A stretch of DNA of 64,000 bases, taken from a virus. Every line of letters begins with the position of its first letter. Position 1 is the stretch's first letter. The stretch lies in IMG/VR virus record IMGVR_UViG_3300049043_000070, positions 1-64,000 of that record; one strand, 5' to 3'. Both the position numbers and the translations under genes were made by a program. Positions 54,882 through 64,000 of this stretch are shown here, piece after piece. A model generated the notes under the pieces. The model had not been told where the DNA came from and searched no databases. It worked only from the letters and a program-made list of their open reading frames with translations.

Positions 54882-56675
54882 TGCCATACACTCAACTTGC
54901 TAATCTAGATTTCACGGAAATTAAAACTGCTCTGAAGGATTATCTCAGGGGGCAGTCCGAATTCACTGATTATGATTTTGAGGGTTCGGCATTATCCAAC
55001 TTACTTGATGTGCTTGCCTATAATACCTACTACACGGCGTTTAATACCAACATGGTAGTCAATGAACTATTCATTGATTCTGCCACCTTGAGAGACAACG
55101 TAGTGGCGATTGCGAAGCAATTAGGTACAGACCAAAGAGTGCGACCTCACCGACAGCTTATATCTCATTTACTGTTACATATACCAATTCAACAACTGAT
55201 ACACAGTTAATTCTTAAGAAAGGAACTGGATTTGTTGCTTCTTATGATAATGTTCTTTATCAGTATGTTGTATTAGATGATGCGAAGGCACAAGTTTCAA
55301 ATGGTGTTGCTACTTTCTTGAACGTTCCCATTAAAGAAGGAACACAACTAGTTAACACATTTACTGTCAACACAGCAGTAGCATCACAAAAATTCATTCT
55401 TGATAACTCAAATATTGACACGAACACCATCCGAGTAAAAGTATTTCCTGCCGGTGGATCTTTCTCCGAACCTTATTTGGTATCAGATAATATTCTTGGT
55501 GTTGATGGAAATTCAAAAATATTTTTCTGAATGAAATTGAAGATGAACGATACGAGATTATCTTTGGTGATGGAGTGTTGGGAAAAAAATTAGAAAACAA
55601 TGCAGTTGTTGAAGCTTCTTATCTTGTTACATCTGGACCAGCATCAAATGGTGTAAGAACATTTGTATTTTCTGGTGTATTAGAAAATCAGGATGGAGCA
55701 ACTCCTGGTGGATTTACTGTTACAATCAATTCTACGGTTGCTGCAGCAGGCGGTGAAGAGATTGAAACCACGAAGAAGATCAAATACAATGCGCCGAAGT
55801 CATATGGCACACAGGACCGTGCTGTGACCTCTCAGGACTATACTGCGATCGTTCGTAACATCTATCCTGCCACAAGCGACATTATCATCTTTGGAGGCGA
55901 AGATCAGGTTCCTCCGCAATATGGTAAGGTGTTTATTGTACTCAAACCAACAGATGCAGCATATCTCACCTCCATCACGAAGCAAGAAATTGTATCACAG
56001 TTGAAAAGATATGTTGTTGCCTCTGTTGAACCAGTCTTGGTTGATCCATCAATTCTTTATGTTGAGCTTGATAGTAAGATTTACTACAACAGTCAAATCA
56101 CAGATCAGACACCAGCACAGATCAGAGACAAAGTAATTACATCGTTACAGAGTTACATTGAAACATCAGATACTGAAAAGTTTAATGGTAAGTTTCGGCA
56201 CAGTAAAGCAGTTGGTGTGATTGATGATGCTGATAAAAGCATCAATTCTAATTTAACTTCTGTAATTATGAGAAAGGATTTCTATCCTCAACTCAATTCA
56301 ACGTTCTATTACGAAGTGTGTTTCCAGAATTCTTTTGACGAAGACTGCGATAATCCAGTCCTGTCGTCAACTGGTTTTAGAGTGACCGAATACCCAAATT
56401 TTGATGTTTATGTTGAAGATAGGGGTGGTAAAATTATCCTATATAGACTAGACGCTATAACTGGTGAAAAGATTGTCCTGGATAGGGAAGTTGGTGATAT
56501 TGATTATGTGAAAGGTGAGTTAAAAATGTATGATTTAACTATCATCAAAGGAAGCTTCTTTGATAACAGAATTTCACTCAGAGTTAAACCTCTATCTAAT
56601 GATATCAAAGCGATAAGAGAGGTTTATCTAGATGTTGATATAGCAAATTCCACCTTCATTGCGTACAAAGAGTAA
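54881..56675 (+). CDS. Baseplate wedge subunit gp6, frameshifted
   Basis: LDFTEIKTALKDYLRGQSEFTDYDFEGSALSNLLDVLAYNTYYTAFN...SATLRDNVVAIAKQLG and later DRAVTSQDY...QYGKVFI. Confidence 0.92.
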
Positions 56676-56679
56676 GTAG

Positions 56680-59600
56680 ATGGCAGTCAAGACCAAAAGA
56701 ATTTCTACTCTTATTGAGTCACAACTTCCAGAGTTCATTTCAACAGAATATGAACTTTTTGGTAAGTTTGTTGAAAAGTATTATGAATCTCTAGAAGTTC
56801 AGGGTGGAGCACTTGATATCGTTAGTAATGTCCAAAAATACTTGGACATTGATTTTTATGAGAAGAATTTACTGAAGCAAAATGATATTTTAGCTTCAAG
56901 TATTTCTTCCACAGATACATCAATTTATCTGATTGATGCCAGTTCTTTTCCAGAGAAGAATGGATATGTAAGAATTGGCAGCGAGATTATCTTCTATGCT
57001 ACAAGAACAAACAATCAACTTCAAGGATGTTCCAGAGGTGTTAGTGGCAATACAACACTTGGAGATCTTTATGATCATTCAGATTTTCAAAGCACCGAAG
57101 CAGCATCTCATATTTCTGGTGAAATTGTTTATAATATCAGCAATCTTTTCCTGTATGCTTTTGTTAAAAACTTTGAATCGCAGTATCTAGGTTCTTTTCC
57201 GGAGAAGTATCTTAGGGGGAAGTTGATAAGAGAACTTTAATCAAAAATATTCAGAAGTTCTATAAAGCAAAGGGAACTGATAGTTCAATCAAGTTTATCT
57301 TTAATACGATCGTATCAAGAGATACTAATAACAAACCAGATGTATACAAACCAAGAGACTTTACTTACAAAGCATCTGAAGCAGATTGGATTAACATTTA
57401 TGCGCTAAAAGTAAAAGTTGTTTCTGGAAATCCAAAAACTCTCATTGGAAAGCAGATTGTACAACTTCCAACTGACGAATATGGTTATGCCTCTGCTGTA
57501 GTTGATAATGTTTTTGCCGATGGTACTTTTGATGATGAGCAAATTTGGAATATTGTTCTTGCTCCTGAAACTGTAAATGGTTCCTTCTCTGTTTCTACAA
57601 AAACCCGTTTAGAAAAAGATCTATTATCATCCAGTGGTTTAGGCAAAAGAATTGATGTATTTTCAACGATTGGATGGGATCTAACCGGCGAAGTATTAAT
57701 CAATGACGAGAAAATTTCGTTTGATGATAAAAATATCACACAATTCATCATTAGAGCAAGAGGACAAAATCCTGTATTACATCTAGCTGGTTCAACCGTT
57801 TATAAACCAGTTATCATAGAAGGTTCTGGTGTATCTTTATTAACGCTTGGTGTTGCTTATAACTTATCTCCGCAAGATGCTCATCCGTATGCTTCTGTTG
57901 GGGATCAGATACAGATTTCAGAACCAGGATTTCAAACTTCTGATCCAAAAATTGTAATCACCGGAACAAACCAGACAAGATGGATTGTTGGTGACGGAAA
58001 TCCAGTATTTACACCAACAAACACTTCAGTGTCTACTTCTCTAAATGAAGTATCTACTAATGTTTCTGCTATTTTTGAGGACGACCAATACTATTATATC
58101 ACGAGCTCCAGTTATCCATCATACAAAATTTTAGATGGTTCTACTGTAACTCGAAGAAGTAAAGGATCAAAAAATACTTCGTATTATAAGAAAAGAAGCA
58201 ACAAAGACGACAGAGGTTTACAAAACACCAAAGAGATGTTGGTATTCTATTAAATGGTGTCCCAATCTATGGATTTCGTGATGAAGAAAGTATTCGTTTT
58301 GGATTGCTTGAGAGCATTGCTGTAGATAGTCAAGGAACTGGTTATGTAAATCCTCCATTTGTTCTTTTAGATGATGTTCCAAATCAAGCAAGAGCAATCT
58401 TATCTGGGCAAGTAGTTGAAAGAATTATTGTTGATACAACTACAGTGTTTCCGAGAACTCCATGAAGTTACAATTACTTCAGGACGAGGAGCTGTTGTTC
58501 GTGCTGTAGTTACCAGAGGAAAAGTAACCAGTTTAATCATTGATAATCCAGGTGAATACTATTCATCCCCACCAATTGTCAGAATTAGAGATAACGCTGG
58601 AAGAGGAAGATTTGCTGATTATACCGCTATAGTAGATACGGATGGCAAGATAACAGGATTTGTGAAAAATGATGAAGGCAATTTTTACAATCAAGATACA
58701 GTAATTGTAGACATTATTCCAATTGGTCAAGGTGCGATTGGTGTTCCTTATCTAAAAGAGTGGAACAAGAATAGATTTAAAAAACTCTCAAACGTGCTAG
58801 ACACTGAATATGGTTACCTATTTGAAAACTATAATCAAGTATTAAAGTATGGATATGGTCATGTTGGTAATCCAAAAGCACTGAGAGTACTTCTTAATGA
58901 TAATTTAAATGGAGCTGGTACTGAACCAACAACAAAAGTACATTCTCCAATTATTGGATTTGCTCATGATGGAAATCCAATCTATGGTCCATTTGGCTAT
59001 CAGGATCCTTTAAATCCACAGTCATCTATTATTAGAATGACAACGAGTTATTCATTGAATAACAATAGACCAAAAGGACCATCAACTGTAACCTATCCAC
59101 TGGGAACTTTCACCAACGATTACCGATATGTTCATAAGAGTGGAACGCTTGATCAAAATAATGGAAGATTTTGTATAACTCCAGATTATCCAAATGGAAC
59201 ATACGCTTATTTCCTGACAATTGATGCCAATCAAGTACCACAGTTTCCATATTTTATTGGTGAGAATTTTTATTCATTGCCGGTTGATAGTAACTATAAC
59301 TCTGACATCAATCAGAATGATATTCCAAAGAAATCCAGAAGATTATTTTCTTCCGGAATGCCAAGAAATGGCGAAGGTGTAATTGCTCAGATTGCTGAGG
59401 TAAAGCCAGGAGTGGTTGATAGTGTTTCCATTGAAAATTCTTCTGATAACTTTTCTGTAAATTCAAAACTCTATTTTGATAATTCTAGAACAGAAGGTCA
59501 AGATGCCGAAGCAATCGTTTCTTCGGTAAATGGCAAAACAGTAAATTACCTACAGAGCAAAGAAACAAAGGTTGTACAACTAACTACAATTCAGAGTGCT

Positions 59601-62600
59601 TATTTGTTTGCTAATGATACATTAAGACAACCTGCTACCGGTTCTTATGGTGAAATTGTTGGTACTGTTTCCAATGACAATACTATTGTGTTAAAAAATG
59701 TTTCTGGTACTTTCAATACAACTGGAACATTTTCGGCAGACATTAAAACATTTTCAATCTTAATTGATCAGGATAGCAATTATACAAAAGGTGCGATTTT
59801 ATCTTTAACTGATGGTATTAATCCTCCAATTGCTACAGGTGAAGTTTTAGAAGGAACATCAAGACAGAATGTTGTAAAAATTAAAGTTTTAACTGGTACG
59901 TGGGCAGTTAATGACGATTATTTTATTCAATCAAACGATTTATTCAATACTTCTGGATCTAGAATTATTCGTCTTACATCGTTAAGCGATAATCTAGAAC
60001 CGTTTGTTGTAAATCAAAATGTTGCGTTGGTTGAAACTATTCAACCACATGGTTTAGGAATTGGTGATGAAGTTAGTATTGATATTCTTCCAAATGACGC
60101 AATAAAAACAAAAACCTATTACGTAAGAAAAAGACTTTATCAAAAAGTAAAGTTTTCATCTCCAGAGTACATATCAAATATCAATTACACTGGTGTAGGG
60201 AGATTTGAAATTCTAAATGGCGGAGCAGATTATACTCCAGGAACTTATAACAATATTTCACTCACTGGCGGATCTGGAACAGGAGCTACTGCTAGCATCA
60301 TTGTATCTGCTGCTGGAATTGTTTCCTCTGTTGTAATTCAGAATGGCGGATCTGGATACAAAAAAGCGGATTATCTAAGTGTAGATGATGAAGATCTAGT
60401 GAGGTCATTAGCATCTCTTGGAAATGCCAGATTAACAATTTATGTTGATCATGTCGGATTTGCTGCTGGATCTACGGCACTGTTTGTTGATAGTTCTATA
60501 GGTGCTTCTAACGGCAATCTACTTAAAATTGGCAACGAAATTGTACAGGTGTCATCAATTTCTGGCAACAGAATTAATGTAATTAGAGCAAGAGAAGGTA
60601 CACAAAATACAGACCATTATGATGGTCAAGAAGTTTCTCTATACAAACCAAGATACAACTTTGCCAACAATTATCAGATATCTTCTTCTAGTTTCTCTGG
60701 ATTTATTAAGTCATACGATCCAAATACACAAGAAGCTGATAATTGTTTTTTCTTATTCTACTGAAAAAGCAAATGCTGAAGATGTAAAGATTAGTACTAG
60801 TTTCTTTGATACCAGCACTCCCACTAAAATTGGTTTCTGTAGAAACTGCCGAAACTGTTGATTATAAATTTGAATTCTCTACAGATAACGTAAACTTTAC
60901 TCCAAATCCAAATATTGATATTCAGGAATACTATAGATACAAATTTGACACATCGCATTCTTCTTTAACTGGAACTTACTTTGATTTAAGTCCAAGTAAA
61001 AATTACAATATTGTAACAGAAGAAAAAACAACATCAACTATTTTACCTGGAAATTCTGGATCATTTACTGATGTTAAATTTGGATTTGGTCCAAGATTAT
61101 CTGTAAATACATACACGCAAAAACAACAAACACAGTTTGCTAATTTTTACTACTTTGATAAGAATGGCGTTGTAAATTCAGATGAAAAATATCTTAAAAT
61201 TATTTCCGATCCTTTACAAGGAACCAAAACGATTACTTATGTAACTTCAACTCGTTTTGTATATCAATTAAGTTCTGTTCCTTTGTGGGATGGATCTGGA
61301 TCTATAACTTATACAACAACTGGCCAATTTGCTATTGGTTCAATAAACTCGTTTGATGTCATAAATTCTGGTCTAAATTATAAGAAGTCACCAATTGTTG
61401 TTGGATGTGACCCATCTGCTCCTTTTAAGGCACAAGCAACTGTATTGTTTGATCAAATAACAAAAACAATAACAGATGTCAGAATAGATAACGAAGGATC
61501 AAATTATCACAACCCAAAGATTGTCATCACAAATGGAGATGGAATTAATGCTGAATTTAAAATTATTGTTAGGCAGGGAAGAATTTTTTCAATAACCGTA
61601 GAAAATCCGGGAAAAAACTATACGTTTGCTCCAGAAATTGAGATTGTTGAAGGAGATGTGGAAGCATACGTCAATAGCAATTCTATTGGTGTTCCTCAGA
61701 GTATTTCTATACTTAAGAACGGTGGATCATTCCATCTTGATAAAACAGTATCTTCTGACTTTACTTCAAAATATGTTTTTTCGCTTGTTAATTTTTCTGG
61801 TCAGTTTCAGAAAGGCGAGATTGTAATTCAAACAATTTCTGGTGTAGAAGTTGCTAGAGGCACAGTATCGGAATGGAGAGAAGGATCCAATCTACTGAAA
61901 GTAGAAAATATAACAGGAATTTTTAGAAAAGATTATACCGTAACATCAATTGATGGCAATTCAACTGGCACAATCAAATCCGTGTTTGTAACAGGATTAT
62001 TGCCAGATATTACAAGTTTTTATAATAACTTAGGATATTATAAATCTGATAAGGGAAAACTTGGTGTTTCTAATCAAAAGATTACAGATAGTAATTTCTA
62101 TCAGGATTATTCTTACGTTATCAAATCAAAAACTCCTATTGAACAGTGGAGAGAGTTGATTAAATCAACAACTCACCCAGCTGGATTTAAATTATTTGGT
62201 CAAGTTGATGTTGAAACAAATAGTTCAACATCAATGCCCCAACAAACGGCAAAGAATGGACATTTTTCAATTATTCAATTATGGGATCCAGAAAAAAATG
62301 TCGTCACGATTGAAAATACAAGAAGAATTGTAACACAAACTATACAAAAGTAGAGAACCAAAGAATACGTAGAGGTTTTGGTTCGGCATCTCCATCAGAG
62401 TTTAATTTTAGTGAATATCGTGCGTTTACTGTATCTCTTGCTCAACCATTTAATGGATATTATGATAGTGACGGTAGATTACAGGGAAGAACAGTATTCC
62501 AAATAAGAAATGATGCTGGAGTACCATTCACTCCGATCAGCGCCAAGAGTTTGATTATTACCTTAGATGGAATTCTCCAAGAACCAGAAGTAGCATATAC

Positions 62601-64000
62601 AGTACAAGGAGATACAATCGTATTTTCAAACCCACCACTTGGTCCAGGAACAGAAAGAACTGGTAATGATTTAAATGATCTTACTTCTTATAGAGGAGTG
62701 ACTTTCTATGGTAAATATTTTGCTTTTAAAAATAATCAATACAATACAAGATATCTAAGAAAAATTAGAAATATCTATCAAAGAAGTGGTAGGTGGTTAG
62801 ATGCTGCTAATCAGATCGAAAGAAATAGAACTTTCATTATTGAAGAGGCAATTGGATACGGAAAAGCAAAATACTCATCACTTGATTGGAGTTCTAAAAT
62901 TGATGATTATCAAGAAGACATTGGTTGTGTCTTAGATGCTTATCAGCATGACATAAGATTTGGTGGAAACATAAAAACCGTTGATTATGTTAATATTTTT
63001 AGAACCAATACTGAATATGATTATATCACTAAGAACAAGGCAAGCTCTTTAGATATCTTTAGATATGCTACTAATTTAGCAACTCTTGCGATAAGAAATT
63101 GGGATATCGTTGAAAGCAATGTTGTTTATAACTTAGGATCAGCAACAATTACAATTTCTGATACAAATAGAGTTGCCATTGGAATGTATGTCAGTTGTGG
63201 TAGGGCATTCCCAGCAAACACCAGAATAACCGCAATTACTAGCGCAACACAAATAACAGTATCAAATACCGCATTAGCATCTTCGGTATCTGATCAGATT
63301 ACATTCTATTTCAGTGGTATCAATAATGGAACGTTCTATGATGCTTCTAATTTAATTCAATCAAACAAAGCATATCTACAGGATGAAATTGGCGAATACA
63401 TTTATGATAATTATACTTTACCACCAACAGATAAGCAAAAGTGTAAAAGAGATCTCGGATATCTCATTGATGCTATCACTTATCACTTAAAGTTTGGTGG
63501 AAATAGAAAAGTTGTAGAATTTGCTAGATCTTATTATACAAATGCTGGATATCCATACGGAGAAGAATTAACTTACATTAACAGAACACCAGAAGAGACA
63601 GCAGCTGCTATTGATGCTTGGGAAAATCTTGGATCATTAATGATTGCTGCTATGAGAAATCAGTTAACTGCTGGTGCTTATACAACAATCTCTCCTGTAA
63701 TTGATAGCACCGTTCTCACCGATCCGATTTCTCCTATTTGTCAAGAGGTTGCTTCTAGTATCAATACAATGATTAACATTGTTAAAGAAATTATCGCAGA
63801 TGGCGCTGGAAGTGTAGAAATTACAGAAGTAAATCAAAACAAAACAGGATATTGGTCAAACACAGAAACATATTCAAACTACAATCTAATTGATGATCCA
63901 TTACTTCTTTCACAGGAATGTAATGATGTTTCCTCTTCACTCAATTCACTTTATCTGAATGTAAAAGATATTTTAGATAAAAAATCTGTAACAAGATCAC
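56680..64000 (+). CDS. Baseplate wedge initiator gp7-like giant protein, frameshifted, partial at window end
   Basis: ISTLIESQLPEFI, FYKAKGT..SIKF, YHYI/HSPIIGFAHDGNPIYGPFGY, DSNFYQDYSYVIKS...HPAGFKLFG. An unstarted open frame continues from ~62350 to the window end. Confidence 0.85.

Noticed and set aside
1053-57751. Minus-strand ORFs in the track
   Set aside because: They are shadows of + strand genes or tRNAs, with no recognisable motifs, RBS or promoters, including 51816..52919 and 31174..31950, which arise from GC-rich codon bias.
97-64000. Programmed frameshifting or mass pseudogenisation of structural genes
   Set aside because: Breaks hit essential genes (gp5, gp6, gp7, fibres) and even a tRNA G-run, occur at scattered single-base indels without shared slippery sites, and both sides stay conserved. 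Sequencing consensus error is far more likely.

Overview
This is 64 kb of a T4-like cyanophage (cyanomyovirus) genome, and essentially all real genes lie on the + strand. The host is inferred to be Synechococcus/Cyanobium-like from cp12, cpeT and the gene content. Layout: (1) baseplate hub, cp12 and a split gp5 (0.1-5.6 kb); (2) a tRNA array containing cpeT, a structured ncRNA and an aberrant tRNA-like element (6.2-8.2 kb); (3) a ~12.8-kb giant fibre gene, three tail-collar genes and a 2OG-Fe(II) oxygenase (8.3-29.4 kb); (4) an early/accessory region of small ORFs (29.4-53.2 kb); (5) late baseplate genes gp25, gp6 and gp7, the last running off the end. The early region is driven by about 20 copies of one palindrome-plus-promoter cassette. 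It also carries an SF2 helicase, a disrupted dam, a nuclease-methylase pair, ArdA-like, KTSC, AbrB-like and orphan HicA-like proteins, antitoxin-like peptide motifs, and origin-like elements at 47.6-49.05 kb. Many essential genes are broken by single-base indels, most simply explained as long-read consensus errors, so joined coordinates are approximate. All protein family calls come from motif recognition by eye; no database search was run.
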